The notes under the pieces are model-generated. The model had not been told where the DNA came from, ran no database searches, and was given only the letters and a program-made list of their open reading frames with translations. Below are positions 53,876 to 64,000 of a stretch of 64,000 nt of DNA, in pieces (position 1 is the stretch's first letter; each line of letters opens with the position of its first letter). The DNA lies in the NCBI GenBank assembly GCA_030448125.1, contig JAUJNO010000010.1, positions 4,472-68,471 on the forward strand. Direction: 5' to 3'. Both the position numbers and the translations under genes were made by a program. The DNA comes from Rubrobacteraceae bacterium (GTDB lineage Bacteria; Actinomycetota; Rubrobacteria; Rubrobacterales; Rubrobacteraceae).

Positions 53876-55492
53876 ATGGACTCCACCGGCAATCCCCTCC
53901 GAACAACGAGCTTCGCGGCCTCCGCGGGCACCCACTACGCCGCCGAGGCCGCCGCCGAGGTGTACCGGGCCGGTGGAAACGCCGCCGACGCCGCCGTCGC
54001 CGCGGCCGCCGCCGTCGCGGTTACCGAGCCCCTCATGAGCAGCATCGGCGGCGGCGGCTTCGCCCTCGTCCGGGTGCCGGCCGGTAGCGCGGACGACGCC
54101 GTGCGGGGCGACGCCCCTGGCGGGGAGACCGGCGGGGCGGAGTTGATCGACTACTACGACTGCATGCCGGGGAAGGGTTTGCCGCCGTCGGCCTTCGGGG
54201 CCGGGGGAAGCCCGACGACCATGATCCTGAAGTACGGCGCGGGCGTGAAGTCCATAGTCGGGGCCGCCTCCTGCGCTGTACCGGGCTCCCTGCGCGGATG
54301 GGAGCTCCTATTGCGTCGGCATGGCCGGCTCACCCTGCGCCAGGCGCTCGCCCCGGCCGTGAGGCTGGCCCGCGACGGCTTCAGGCTCTGCAAGACGAGC
54401 GGCATGTGGTTCGAGGTAGCGGAGGAGGTCCTCAGGCTCACCGACGAGACCAGGAAGAACTTCTACACCGACGGTCGGGTCTACCGTACGGGCGAGGAGG
54501 TCCGGTTCCCGGAGCTCGCCGACACTCTGGAGGCGGTCGGGGAGGAGGGGGTGGACCTCCTCTACAGGGGGGAGCTGGCCCGCCGGATCTCGGCGTACAT
54601 CTTGCGGGAGGGCGGTATCATCACCGAAGAGGATCTCGCCACCTACGAGGCCATCGTCCGGGAGCCTCTCTCCTTCGCCTACGAGGATCTCACCGTCCAC
54701 ACCAACGGCCCGCCCTCGGCCGGCGGCCCGACGCTCGCGCAGATGATGCGCGTCATCTCCGGCTACGATCTCACGACCCTCCCCGACGCCGATTACGCGA
54801 AGATCCTCGCCGGCGCCATGAAGTACGCCCTGGAGGATCGAGGCCGGGCCTACTCCGAGATCGCCGAGAATGCTTCGGTGGCGGAGCGCCTGACGGGCGA
54901 CGAGTACGTCAGCGCCCAGCGCGCCCGCATCTTCGGTTCAGGTTCCGCTTTCGGTTCCCCGCACACCAGCCATCTCTCCTGCGTGGACGAGACAGGTCTC
55001 GCGGTCTCCATTACCGCCAGCATGGGCTATGGCTCCGGCATCGTGATCCCCGGCACCGGCATCCCGATGGGCAACACTCTAGGCGAGCCGGAGCTAAACC
55101 CCAAAGGCTTCCACGCGCTGAACCCCGGGGAGCGCTTGATCTCCAGCATGAGCCCGACTATCGTCTCTTCCTCCGGCGGCGACCTCGTCTCCCTGGGCTC
55201 GCCCGGCGCCTCCCGCATCCCCACGGCCATAATGCAGACCCTCGTGAACGTGGTGGATCTCGGCCTCCCGCTGGAGGCCGCCGTCGACGCCCCGCGCCTG
55301 CACGTCGAGGGCAACCTCTTCGCCTACGAGGCCGGGGCGAGAAAGCCCGACCTCTCGGCTTACGAGCGTATCCTCACCTACGACGAGCCCTCGATGTTCT
55401 TCGGCGGGGTCAACGCCGTGCGCCGCACCCCGGAGGGCACCTTCGAGGCCGCCGCCGATCCCCGCCGCTCCGGCGGCGTGGCTTTTGTCTGA
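53876..55492 (+). CDS. ggt: Gamma-glutamyltransferase
   Basis: 538 aa. Autoprocessing-site context HTSHLSCVDE, ITASMGYGSG and MSPTIV motifs. TATAAT lies 8 nt upstream of the ATG. Confidence 0.9.
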   Translation: MDSTGNPLRTTSFAASAGTHYAAEAAAEVYRAGGNAADAAVAAAAAVAVTEPLMSSIGGGGFALVRVPAGSADDAVRGDAPGGETGGAELIDYYDCMPGKGLPPSAFGAGGSPTTMILKYGAGVKSIVGAASCAVPGSLRGWELLLRRHGRLTLRQALAPAVRLARDGFRLCKTSGMWFEVAEEVLRLTDETRKNFYTDGRVYRTGEEVRFPELADTLEAVGEEGVDLLYRGELARRISAYILREGGIITEEDLATYEAIVREPLSFAYEDLTVHTNGPPSAGGPTLAQMMRVISGYDLTTLPDADYAKILAGAMKYALEDRGRAYSEIAENASVAERLTGDEYVSAQRARIFGSGSAFGSPHTSHLSCVDETGLAVSITASMGYGSGIVIPGTGIPMGNTLGEPELNPKGFHALNPGERLISSMSPTIVSSSGGDLVSLGSPGASRIPTAIMQTLVNVVDLGLPLEAAVDAPRLHVEGNLFAYEAGARKPDLSAYERILTYDEPSMFFGGVNAVRRTPEGTFEAAADPRRSGGVAFV

Positions 55493-56426
55493 CAGAACGC
55501 CGGGGAGCACGCGCCGCCCGGTAGGCATCCTCGGCGTCCCGATGGACCTCGGGCAGGACCGGCGCGGCGTTGACGTCGGACCGAGCGCGATCCGCTACGC
55601 CAACCTGAGCGCCGCCCTCGAAGACCTCGGTTACGCAGTCGCCGACCTCGGCAACGTGGAGGCCCCGATCCCGGAGACCGTCGAGGAGAAGGCCGAGGTC
55701 AGGTACGTCGACGCCGTCCGGAGCGTCTGCGAGAGGGCTGCCGTCCGGGCGGCGGAGATGGTCTCCGGGGGCCTCTTTCCCGTGTTCCTCGGTGGAGATC
55801 ACTCCATCTCCATCGGCACCGTCTCCGGCGTCGCGAGCGCCGCGAACGCCTCCGGGGCCGGGCGCACCGGCATACTCTGGCTCGACGCTCACGCAGACTT
55901 CAACACCCCCGAAACCTCCCCGTCCGGCAACGTCCACGGCATGCCGCTCGCCGTACTCACCGGTCACGGCCATCCCGACCTCGTGAACATCGGTGGCGGT
56001 ACCGCCGTCCGGGCCGAAGACGTCGCCATCGTGGGTCTGCGCTCCATGGACCGGGAGGAGCGCGAGTTCCTGGCCAGGGCCGGGGTCAACGTCTACACCA
56101 TGAAGGACGTGGACGCTTACGGCGTCGCGAGCGTGATGCGGAGCGCATTGCAGGGCCTCTCGCACCTCGACCAGATGCACCTCTCCTTCGACCTCGACGT
56201 CGTGGACCCGGAGATAGCGCCCGGTGTGGGGACGCCGGTCAGAGGCGGGCTCACCTACCGCGAGGCCCACCTCGTCATGGAGCTCGTCAACGAGGCCGCC
56301 GTCGTCACTTCCCTGGATGTCGTCGAGATCAACCCGATCCTCGACGCGAAGAACGGTACCGCCGAACTCGCCGTCGAACTCGTCGGGAGCCTTATGGGTC
56401 GCCAGATAATAAGCTTGCCGAGGTAG
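55485..56426 (+). CDS. Arginase-family ureohydrolase (arginase-like)
   Basis: GGDHSISIG, WLDAHADFNTPETSPSGNVHGMPLA and SFDLDVVDP Mn-binding motifs. Overlaps the ggt stop. Confidence 0.85.
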   Translation: MSDRTPGSTRRPVGILGVPMDLGQDRRGVDVGPSAIRYANLSAALEDLGYAVADLGNVEAPIPETVEEKAEVRYVDAVRSVCERAAVRAAEMVSGGLFPVFLGGDHSISIGTVSGVASAANASGAGRTGILWLDAHADFNTPETSPSGNVHGMPLAVLTGHGHPDLVNIGGGTAVRAEDVAIVGLRSMDREEREFLARAGVNVYTMKDVDAYGVASVMRSALQGLSHLDQMHLSFDLDVVDPEIAPGVGTPVRGGLTYREAHLVMELVNEAAVVTSLDVVEINPILDAKNGTAELAVELVGSLMGRQIISLPR

Positions 56427-56443
56427 TCTCGCGGAGCGGCGAG

Positions 56444-57091
56444 TTACCTCTGGCAGGCGCCGCTCCTCTCGACCGGGTACTCCTCCGGACAACCGCCGCC
56501 GGGCATGGCGGGCACGGGACCGTCCATGGGGCCGCCGGCCTCCAGTAACCTGCGGGTGTCGGCCTGTCCGGCTCGAGGAGCGGCGGGCTGCCGGCTCGCG
56601 GTTTGCACGGCGGCGGAGGTGCCGCAGTCCTCGACGGTGATGGTGTAGTCGGCCTCCTCAGAGGCTATCTCGATAGCGTAGTCTCCGGGGCCGCTGAAGA
56701 AGGTCGCCTCGCCTTCGACGCGGGTCGGGCTGTCCGAGGAGAGGTTCTGCGAGTCGGGCTGTACGACCCCGCCGTTCTCGTCGGTCACGTTGAAGAAAGC
56801 GTAACCGTCGGTCTCGCCGGGGTTGTCGGCCTCGAAGACTACCCTGAAGCTCTGGCCGGTGATCTGGAACGGGTCGCTCTCCTGGTCGCCGCGACCCTCG
56901 ATCTCGGTCACCGGCGTACACTCCCCGCCTTGCTGCTGGGCGAAGGCCGGCGCGCCGAGGTTGACCGGGAACTCCCCCGACACCCCCCACGCGAGCCGCA
57001 ACGAGATCGCGCACACCCCCAACAGAGCAAATGCCAAGATCCTCCTCGTAAAGCCATCCTTCAACACGCGTCCCGGCCCCCTCGTGTTCAC
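56444..57091 (-). CDS. Hypothetical secreted protein
   Basis: N-terminal signal-like helix ILAFALLGVCAISLRLAWG. Acidic beta-rich body. Cys residues near both ends. Confidence 0.5.
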   Translation of the reverse strand: MNTRGPGRVLKDGFTRRILAFALLGVCAISLRLAWGVSGEFPVNLGAPAFAQQQGGECTPVTEIEGRGDQESDPFQITGQSFRVVFEADNPGETDGYAFFNVTDENGGVVQPDSQNLSSDSPTRVEGEATFFSGPGDYAIEIASEEADYTITVEDCGTSAAVQTASRQPAAPRAGQADTRRLLEAGGPMDGPVPAMPGGGCPEEYPVERSGACQR

Positions 57092-57248
57092 GCAAGTTAA
57101 CTTTTGTTAATTCTACACGTGGTTGCGGAATATCACTACGGCCGGCACGCTCTTACCGCCCGACGCACAGCGGTCTATATACTCGTTAGAGTTCGGTTCC
57201 GGCTCCGCGCCATTCGATGGCGTCTGGCGTGAGCCCGCGGACCGCTAC

Positions 57249-59273
57249 TTAGCCGCCGACGTGGATGGCGGGGCGCCGTTTGGGGTCCGGCTCCGCTTCG
57301 CGGAGCACCTCGCGGGTGACGGGGGCGGTGTCTCCTTCGCCGAATAGGATGTACCGGATCAGGTAGATGATGGGGTTGCCCTCCGTCCAGCCGAAGTAGC
57401 AGTGTGGCCTCTTGCCGGTGGTGTCGCGCAGGTACAGAAGGAAGGCGGCTATAGCGTTGGGGACGGTCGAGCTCTTGGCGCGCAGCACCTTGTAGTTGCC
57501 GACCTCCGCTCCCGAAACCTCCAGCACGTCCGCGAACTCCGAGGCGTCCTCCACGTCGACCTCCAGGAAGAGGATCGGCTCGTCCGGCGGGATGTGATTG
57601 TCCTCGCGCTGCTCCCTCTCCTTCAGGAAGTATTCGCGCTCGTCGCCCGCCTGGCGGCGGTTGGCGACGAGGTGTATATCGCTCCCGCGCGCCGCCTCTT
57701 CGATAAAACGTTTAGCCGTATCGTTGATCTCCACCCTCTCCGTACGCAGCTCGGTCGAGCGTTGCACCCGCGAGATCAGGGAGGTCGCGACTATCGCGCC
57801 GATGAAGAGCAGGGAGATGATAATGCCATCGGGCCGTTGTATCTCGTTCGCCACGATGGCATAGGCGAACACGAGGGTCACCAGCCCGAACGCGAACGCC
57901 GCCCACTTAGATCCCCGGCGCCAGGAGACCAGGGTCACGGCGAAGGCGCCCGAGGTCATCATCGCCAGGACGCCGGTGGCGTAGGCCCCGGCCTGCGCGT
58001 CCACGTTGGCCTCGAAGATTATCGTGATCGCGAAGGCGATGGCCGAGTAGACCAGCACCAACGGCCTGATCGCCCGCGTCCAGTCCGGCGCCATGCCGTA
58101 GCGGGGCAGGTAGCGGGGCACGATGTTCAGAAGACCCGCCATCGCCGAGGCTCCCGCGAACCACAGGATAGAGATCGTGCTCACGTCGTAGACCGTACCG
58201 AAGGCCTCGCCCAGGTACTCGTACGCCAGGTACGCAAGCGCTCGCCCGTTGGCCTCGCCGCCCTCCTCGAACTCCCCCTGGGGGATGAGCACGGCGGTCA
58301 CGAAGCTCGTCGTGAGCAGGTAGAAGCTCATGATCAGGGCGGCGGTGGTCAGCATCTTGCGTGTGTTGCGTATGCGGCCGGCGGGACGATCCGGACGATC
58401 CCCCTCGTCGCCGCGCACGAGCGGCATCATGCTAACGCCGGTTTCGAAGCCCGAGAGACCGAGAGCGAGCAGCGGGAACGCTACCAGAGACGCGCCGATT
58501 ATCGCCGCCGGGCTACCGTAGTCGGTGAGCAGCGCGCTCTGCCAATCAGCGAGGGTTTGAGGGTATACGACGACCTGGTACAGGCCGACGGCCACGACCA
58601 CGAGGTTCAGCAGCAGGTATGCCGCGACCAGGAGGACCGCAAGGCCGATGGCCTCCTTGAAGCCCTTGAGGAAGACCGCTCCCAAAAGCGCCAGCAGCAC
58701 GAGGGTGATGGCGACCTTCTGGTCCCGGAGCAACTCCGGCACCAACGGGTTCTCGACGATGTGGGCCGTAGCGTCCGCCGCGGAGAGCGTGATCGTGACC
58801 AGCCAGCCGGTCGCCACGAAGCCCAGCAAGCACAGAACGAAGAGCTTGCCCTTCCAGAAAGAGAGCAGCCTCTCGAGCATCGCGATCGAACCCTGCCCGT
58901 GCGGGCTCTCCTCGGAGACGCGGCGGTACATCGGCAGGGCCCCGAAGAGGGTCAGCAGCACGATGAGCAGGGTGGCTATGGGCGAGACTGCCCCGGCTAC
59001 GAGGCCCGCTATGGCCGGGATGTAACCCAGGGTCGAGAAGTAGTCCACCCCGGTCAGGCACACGACCTGCCACCAGGGGTGCTGGGCAGACTGGCTCTCC
59101 CTGACCTGCGGGCCCTCCGGCTCTACTATCTGACCTTCGAGCAGCCAACCCCTGAGCCGACCCGTGCGACGCTTAGATGGATTTATTGATCTGGCCATCG
59201 CCACTCCTGCTCGGGTTGCTAGCTTCGTCCCCTTGTGGTGATCGGGGGGTGCAGCGCTATCTTCGGTCTTCAC
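57249..59273 (-). CDS. APC-superfamily permease with a cytoplasmic C-terminal domain of about 190 aa
   Basis: About 12 TM segments, followed by a soluble domain ([19 protein letters not shown]...[14 protein letters not shown]...[12 protein letters not shown]). Lies downstream of the trk genes on the same strand. Confidence 0.65.
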   Translation of the reverse strand: MKTEDSAAPPDHHKGTKLATRAGVAMARSINPSKRRTGRLRGWLLEGQIVEPEGPQVRESQSAQHPWWQVVCLTGVDYFSTLGYIPAIAGLVAGAVSPIATLLIVLLTLFGALPMYRRVSEESPHGQGSIAMLERLLSFWKGKLFVLCLLGFVATGWLVTITLSAADATAHIVENPLVPELLRDQKVAITLVLLALLGAVFLKGFKEAIGLAVLLVAAYLLLNLVVVAVGLYQVVVYPQTLADWQSALLTDYGSPAAIIGASLVAFPLLALGLSGFETGVSMMPLVRGDEGDRPDRPAGRIRNTRKMLTTAALIMSFYLLTTSFVTAVLIPQGEFEEGGEANGRALAYLAYEYLGEAFGTVYDVSTISILWFAGASAMAGLLNIVPRYLPRYGMAPDWTRAIRPLVLVYSAIAFAITIIFEANVDAQAGAYATGVLAMMTSGAFAVTLVSWRRGSKWAAFAFGLVTLVFAYAIVANEIQRPDGIIISLLFIGAIVATSLISRVQRSTELRTERVEINDTAKRFIEEAARGSDIHLVANRRQAGDEREYFLKEREQREDNHIPPDEPILFLEVDVEDASEFADVLEVSGAEVGNYKVLRAKSSTVPNAIAAFLLYLRDTTGKRPHCYFGWTEGNPIIYLIRYILFGEGDTAPVTREVLREAEPDPKRRPAIHVGG

Positions 59274-59328
59274 AGTAGCCGACCGGGGGAGTATAGCTCC
59301 AACTCGGCACGTGCGAAGTGTAGTACGC

Positions 59329-60825
59329 TTACCGCCTCCAGAACGCCGGGGAGAAGAGGGCCAGGGCCGTGAAGATCTCCAGCCGGCCGAACAGCATGCA
59401 CATGGTAAGCACGAGCCGACCGAAGGCGTTCACGGCCTCGTAGCTCTCCGAGGCCCCGACCTGCCCCAACCCCGGCCCGACCACGTTTAGCGTGGCCGCT
59501 ACGGCGGTTGCCGAGGAGAACGGGGTGAGGTCCTCCTGGATGGCCACGAGGAAGGTCGCCAGGACGAAGACCATGACCCAGGCGGCGAAGAGCCCGAGGA
59601 CCGCCACTCGCACCCCTTCCGGCAGGATCCGGTCGCCCATCTTCAGCGGGGTCACCGCCCGGGGATGAACCATCCGAAAGATATCCTGGAAGATGGTGCG
59701 GAAGACGATGAGCACCCGGATCACCTTTATCCCCCCCGCGGTGGAACCGGCGCACCCCCCGACGAACATCAGCAGGACGAGGGCGGTGGTCGCCCCCGTG
59801 TCCCACTGGTCGAAGTCGGCGGTGACGAACCCGGTCGTGGTGACGATGCTGGTTACCGTGAAGGCCGAGTCCCGAAACGCCCTGCCGTGGAAAGCTCCGT
59901 AGTCCCCCTCGAAGACGAGCACGCCCCACACGAAGAAGACGGCCGCGACTATGATGGCCACGTACCATAGAACCTCCCGGTCGAGCACCACGTCGAAGCG
60001 GCGCCGGGAGTAGAGCAGGTAGTAGAGCGAGAACGAGACCCCCGAAAGGACCATGAACACAACGAGGACCGCCTCCACGGCGAGGGAGTCGTAGAAGGCT
60101 ATGGAGGCGGTCTTGGGGCTGAAGCCGCCGGTGGCCACGGTGGCGAAGGAGTGGACTACCGAGTCGTAGAGATTCATCCCCGCGAGGAGCAGGGCGAGGA
60201 CCCCGCCCAGCGTGAGCGCCAGGTAGATGACCAGGAGCGCCTTGGCTGTGTCGGCGATGCGCGGCGTGAATCTGGTCTCGGTGAGTCCCGAGACCTCGGC
60301 CCCCAGAAGTCGCGCCGCCCCGAACCCCAGGGTCGGCGCGACGGCCACGAAGAGGACCACGATCCCTATCCCCCCGAGCCACTGGCTCATGCTGCGCCAG
60401 AAAAGGATGGACGGTGTCTCGGCCTCTATATCCGAGAGCAGCGTAGCCCCGGTGGTGGTGAAGCCGCTCATCGCTTCGAAGGTAGAGTCGAGCAGGCTGC
60501 CGAAGGTACCCTCCAGCAAGAACGGGACCCCGCCAAGCAGCGCCGCGAGCACCCACGCCAGGGTCACCGAGAGGTATACGTCGCGGTTGGAGACGTACCC
60601 CACTGCCCGGCTCGAGGGGGGGCGGGTGACCAGAACACCCGTACCTCCGAGCGCGATCATCGCTGCTCCCGGAAACAGGAAACTCCTCCAGGAACCGTCG
60701 CCGTAGAGCCAGGAGATCACCAGAGGAACCAGGAGCGCCGCCCCAACGGCCAGGACCACACCAGCGTTGACCCGAATGACGATCCTGGCGCTCACGGCGC
60801 GTATTCTAGCGGCGTCCCCAAGCAA
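59329..60825 (-). CDS. trkH: TrkH-family potassium uptake membrane subunit (copy 2)
   Basis: Repeated pore-loop contexts: [36 protein letters not shown]. Confidence 0.85.
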   Translation of the reverse strand: MLGDAARIRAVSARIVIRVNAGVVLAVGAALLVPLVISWLYGDGSWRSFLFPGAAMIALGGTGVLVTRPPSSRAVGYVSNRDVYLSVTLAWVLAALLGGVPFLLEGTFGSLLDSTFEAMSGFTTTGATLLSDIEAETPSILFWRSMSQWLGGIGIVVLFVAVAPTLGFGAARLLGAEVSGLTETRFTPRIADTAKALLVIYLALTLGGVLALLLAGMNLYDSVVHSFATVATGGFSPKTASIAFYDSLAVEAVLVVFMVLSGVSFSLYYLLYSRRRFDVVLDREVLWYVAIIVAAVFFVWGVLVFEGDYGAFHGRAFRDSAFTVTSIVTTTGFVTADFDQWDTGATTALVLLMFVGGCAGSTAGGIKVIRVLIVFRTIFQDIFRMVHPRAVTPLKMGDRILPEGVRVAVLGLFAAWVMVFVLATFLVAIQEDLTPFSSATAVAATLNVVGPGLGQVGASESYEAVNAFGRLVLTMCMLFGRLEIFTALALFSPAFWRR

Positions 60826-60872
60826 CGGTAAGGAGGACCGGAGAGCGGGAAACGAAGTTCAGGTGCCTGCTT

Positions 60873-62318
60873 CTAGCCGCGCCAGAACGCCGGAGTTAGA
60901 AGAACCAGAACCGTAAAGAGCTCCAGGCGGCCGAGTAGCATGTATAGGGTGAGGACCATCTTGGCCGAGGCGGGCAAATCGGCGTAGAACTCGGCGCTCC
61001 CCACCGGGTCCAGGGCCGTTCCGGTGATGTTCAGGCAGGCGAAGACCGAGCCGAACGCGGCCCCTACCGGCACCCCGTGCAGGGCGATAAGCAGGGTCCC
61101 CACCGCCAGGACCATCACATACACGAAGAAAAATCCCAAAAAGGCCGTCCGCAGACGCTCGGGGACCACCCGGTTGCCGAGCTTCAGAGGGGTGACGGCC
61201 TGCGGATGGATCATGCGGAACACCTCCTGCCCGGCGTGGCGCGCCAGCAGAATGGCCCGGATCACCTTTATGCCCCCGCTCGTCGAGCCGGCGCAGGCCC
61301 CGATGGCCATGAAAAGCATCAACAGGCCCTGGGAGAGCGGGTCCCACGAGCCCCAGGCCGCCGTGCTGAAGGCCGTACCCGTGGCGAGGCTTACCGTCTG
61401 GAAGAGCGCCTCCCGGAAGGCGAACACCGGTGAGTTCTGGTAATCGAAGGCGGAGAGAGCGGCGGTTACGAGAATCGTGCCTCCGCCGATTATCCCGAGA
61501 TAAGCGAGAAACTCGCGGTTCCCGAGCGCACGCAGCGGGCGCCCCTGTGCGACCTGGAAGTAGAGGATGAAGTTCGTCCCCGAGAGCAGCATACCCGCTA
61601 CCAGAACAAGCTCTATCGCCCAGGAGTCGAAGGCGGCTATGGAGTCCGAGCGGGTGGAGTACCCACCGGTGGAGACGGTGGTCAGGGCGTGGTTCACCGC
61701 GTCGAAAGGGTCCATCCCGGCCAGTAGCAACGCGACGACCCCGCCGAGCGTCAGGATGCCGTAGACGTAGGCCAGTACCTTCGCCGTGTCCCGGATGCGT
61801 GGGGTCACCCTCTCCGGCATCGGGTTAGCGACCTCGGCCGAGTAGAGTTGCGCGGCCCCGAACCCTACCAGCGGCGCGACGGCCACGAAGAGGACCACGA
61901 TCCCTATCCCCCCGGCCCACTGGGTCAGGCTCCGCCAGAGTAGCAGGGAAGGCGCGACCTCCTCCGGTGTCTGGACCGTCGAAGCCCCGGTGGTTGTGAA
62001 ACCAGCCATGGAGTCGAAGAAGGCGTCCGCCGGGTCCAGTAGCCCGGAGAGTACAAACGGCAGCGAGCCCACGGCGGCCACCCCCACCCATCCCAGGACG
62101 ACGATCAGGAAGACGTCCCGCCCCGAGACGTATGCGCCGGAGACCCGGGTGAGGAAGAAGAGGATGGCTCCGAGGGCCAGGGTACCGAACCCAGGAAGCG
62201 CGAAGGCCAGCGTGTTTCCGTCCCCCGCGAGAAGCGAATAAGCCGCCGGAAGGAGCATAGCGGCTCCCCCGGCGGCGATCACGGCCGCCAGGGCGTTGGT
62301 TACTACCCTAGGGTGCAA
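60873..62318 (-). CDS. trkH: TrkH-family potassium uptake membrane subunit (copy 1)
   Basis: MAGFTTTGAS, TVSTGGYS and AGSTSGGIKVIR motifs. Overlaps the trkA stop by 11 nt. Confidence 0.85.
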   Translation of the reverse strand: MHPRVVTNALAAVIAAGGAAMLLPAAYSLLAGDGNTLAFALPGFGTLALGAILFFLTRVSGAYVSGRDVFLIVVLGWVGVAAVGSLPFVLSGLLDPADAFFDSMAGFTTTGASTVQTPEEVAPSLLLWRSLTQWAGGIGIVVLFVAVAPLVGFGAAQLYSAEVANPMPERVTPRIRDTAKVLAYVYGILTLGGVVALLLAGMDPFDAVNHALTTVSTGGYSTRSDSIAAFDSWAIELVLVAGMLLSGTNFILYFQVAQGRPLRALGNREFLAYLGIIGGGTILVTAALSAFDYQNSPVFAFREALFQTVSLATGTAFSTAAWGSWDPLSQGLLMLFMAIGACAGSTSGGIKVIRAILLARHAGQEVFRMIHPQAVTPLKLGNRVVPERLRTAFLGFFFVYVMVLAVGTLLIALHGVPVGAAFGSVFACLNITGTALDPVGSAEFYADLPASAKMVLTLYMLLGRLELFTVLVLLTPAFWRG

Positions 62319-63642
62319 AGAGGCGCCCTACCTCGTCCACGGCGGCTCCAACGGTGAATACCACGGCGTCGTCCCCGGGCCTGAGCACGTCCCGGCCGGT
62401 GGGGATGATCACCTCTTCTCCTCTCAGCACCGCTCCCACAATAGCGCCTTTGGGAAATCGCACCGTGGCCAGCGGGCGTCCGGCGACCCGGGCCCCTTCG
62501 GGAACCCGGAGCTCTATCATCTGGGCCCCGCTCTCCAGGAGGGTCACGGCCACGATCTCTCCCCGCCGCACGAACCGGAGGATGGCTCCGGCGGCCAGCA
62601 GCCGGGGCGAGACGGTGATGTCTACCCCCAGGGCTTCGGCGAGCGGGGCGAACTCGCTCCGGCTGATGCCCGCGACGGTCAGACGGGCCCCCAGCTGCCG
62701 GGCGTACATCGCGGCCAGCAGGTTCGCCCGGTCGTCGCCGGTGACGGCGACGAAGGCGTCCGTCCGGTCCACCCGCTCCTGGAGCAGAAAGTCCTGAGAA
62801 ATCCCCTCGTCGTGAAGCACCAGCCCTCTCCTGAGCTCCGAGGCCACGAGCCGGGCCCGGGCCTCGTCCCTCTCGATGACCTTCACCGCGATGCCGCTCT
62901 GCTCCAGGGCTAGGGCGAGCCGCAACCCGATACGCCCGCCCCCGAAGATCATCACATCCCTTACCGGCTTCGTGTCGGTGGCCAGAGCGCCGACTGCCTC
63001 GAGGACGTGACGCCGCTCGCCGATCAAAAAGATGCGGTCCCGGGCCTCCAGCACGGTATCCCCCTGGGGTACGAGCGCCTCTCCACGCCTCACCACCCCT
63101 ACTAGGAGGCTTCGCTCGGGCAGCCTTACGTCCCGGACCGCCTGCCCCACGGCGGGGGAACCCTCTTCCATGATAACCTCGGCGACCTCTATGTTCTCCC
63201 CGGCGAAGGTCTCCACGTTGACCGCCCCCGGGACCAGAAGGGCTTCCTTGATCTCCGTCGCCGCCATCTGCTCGGTGTGGATGACGAAGTCGATCCCCAG
63301 CACGTCCTGCGTGAACGGTTCTTGCGAGTCGTAGTAGTCCGGGTTGTGGATACGCGCGACGGTGCGCGGAACCCCCTGAGCCTTCGCCGCCAGGCACGCA
63401 ATGATGTTCGCCTCGTCGGAGGTCGTCGCGGCTATCAACAGTTCGGACTTGTTGATCCCGGCCTCCCACAGCACCTTGGGGCTGGCTCCGTTCCCCTGTA
63501 TCACGAGGGCGTCGAGCTGCTCGGACGCCTTCTCCACCAGCGCCTCGTTCTGCTCGATGACCACGACATCGTTCCCCTCACCCGAGAGCATCCGGGCCGC
63601 GTTGAACCCGACCTCTCCAGCCCCAAGTATCAGTATTCGCAC
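62308..63642 (-). CDS. trkA: Trk system NAD-binding component TrkA (two RCK_N/RCK_C repeats)
   Basis: MRILILGAGEVG and a second VMIFGGGRIG Rossmann motif. 444 aa. GTG start with AGGAG upstream. Confidence 0.9.
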   Translation of the reverse strand: MRILILGAGEVGFNAARMLSGEGNDVVVIEQNEALVEKASEQLDALVIQGNGASPKVLWEAGINKSELLIAATTSDEANIIACLAAKAQGVPRTVARIHNPDYYDSQEPFTQDVLGIDFVIHTEQMAATEIKEALLVPGAVNVETFAGENIEVAEVIMEEGSPAVGQAVRDVRLPERSLLVGVVRRGEALVPQGDTVLEARDRIFLIGERRHVLEAVGALATDTKPVRDVMIFGGGRIGLRLALALEQSGIAVKVIERDEARARLVASELRRGLVLHDEGISQDFLLQERVDRTDAFVAVTGDDRANLLAAMYARQLGARLTVAGISRSEFAPLAEALGVDITVSPRLLAAGAILRFVRRGEIVAVTLLESGAQMIELRVPEGARVAGRPLATVRFPKGAIVGAVLRGEEVIIPTGRDVLRPGDDAVVFTVGAAVDEVGRLFAP

Positions 63643-64000
63643 GCCGCTCGCGCTCCTATCCGAGTTCCCGATCTTTGCGTATAGCTCAGTATAGTGTTCC
63701 CCATTGTGGAGTTCGCCATAAAATAGACCCTACAACCAGCCGAGTTTTGGTTCTGGCGTACCGGGCGTGCTTTGGAGCGACGCGGATGCTGGTCCGAAAG
63801 TCCCCTTTATGTAAGAAGATGTACATCGTGCCCAAGGCGAAGGCCGCGGTTATACCGAGGACGCAACAGATGGAGGAGCCGAAGACCTTCTGAAGCTCCC
63901 CGCTTCTCTTCATTGGTAGGTACGGCCGACTTTTCCTTCCGCGATCCGACGTCCCGAAACCGAGATGGACGCAAAGCACCACACGCTAGCGGCGGAAAAC

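Noticed and set aside
63686-63982. 98-aa minus-strand ORF (internal MKRSGELQKVFGSSICCVLGITAAFALGTMYIFL...) in the lower-GC region upstream of trkA
   Set aside because: It has no Shine-Dalgarno sequence, poor codon bias and a non-protein-like C-terminal half. It overlaps the likely trkA promoter. It cannot be supported as a gene from sequence alone.
1-64000. Search for tRNA, rRNA, CRISPR arrays, integrases or transposases, and toxin-antitoxin pairs
   Set aside because: I saw no T-arm GGTTCGAATCC-type motifs outside coding frames, no rRNA-like segments, no regularly spaced direct repeats, and no transposase or integrase motifs in any listed ORF. This is a visual scan only, so short or degenerate elements could have been missed.

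Overview
GC-rich, gene-dense bacterial chromosomal segment. I call about 65 protein-coding genes on both strands. I found no rRNA, tRNA, CRISPR array or intact transposase. Gene content and codon bias suggest a high-GC Gram-positive (Actinomycetota, Rubrobacter-like) host; this is inference only and cannot be verified here.

Most of the window is housekeeping:
- lipid and envelope genes: plsY-pgsA, uppP, a PAP2 phosphatase, an MMPL transporter, sppA;
- recQ and a principal-like sigma factor;
- two Fur-family regulators, one Crp/Fnr regulator and one XRE-cupin regulator;
- pheA;
- a late cobalamin operon, cbiB-cobD-cobU-cobS, joined by start/stop overlaps;
- mobA, a GH15 hydrolase, a glutamate formimidoyltransferase, pncB, ggt and an arginase;
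- a trkA-trkH-trkH-permease operon.

Features worth a second look:
1. An uncharacterised run of nucleic-acid-binding genes at 29.5-32.3 kb: a HARE-HTH protein, an acidic-tailed unknown protein, an HTH-cold-shock-domain fusion and a membrane protein.
2. A 662-aa E/R/A-rich coiled-coil protein with an unknown C-terminal globular domain.
3. A low-GC mrr (type IV restriction) gene wedged behind pncB.
4. Three gene remnants: a MetE-like N-terminus, an MBL-fold N-terminus and a metallophosphoesterase C-terminus.
5. An MMPL gene with a duplicated last transmembrane segment.
6. Unusually AT-rich intergenic islands with repeats.
7. At least seven single-nucleotide frame breaks in otherwise intact genes, several at short G/C runs. 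The pattern looks more like homopolymer miscalls than gene decay.
8. Three genes whose conserved N-termini lack a canonical start codon.

All functional calls come from reading the supplied translations for motifs. No database search was run.
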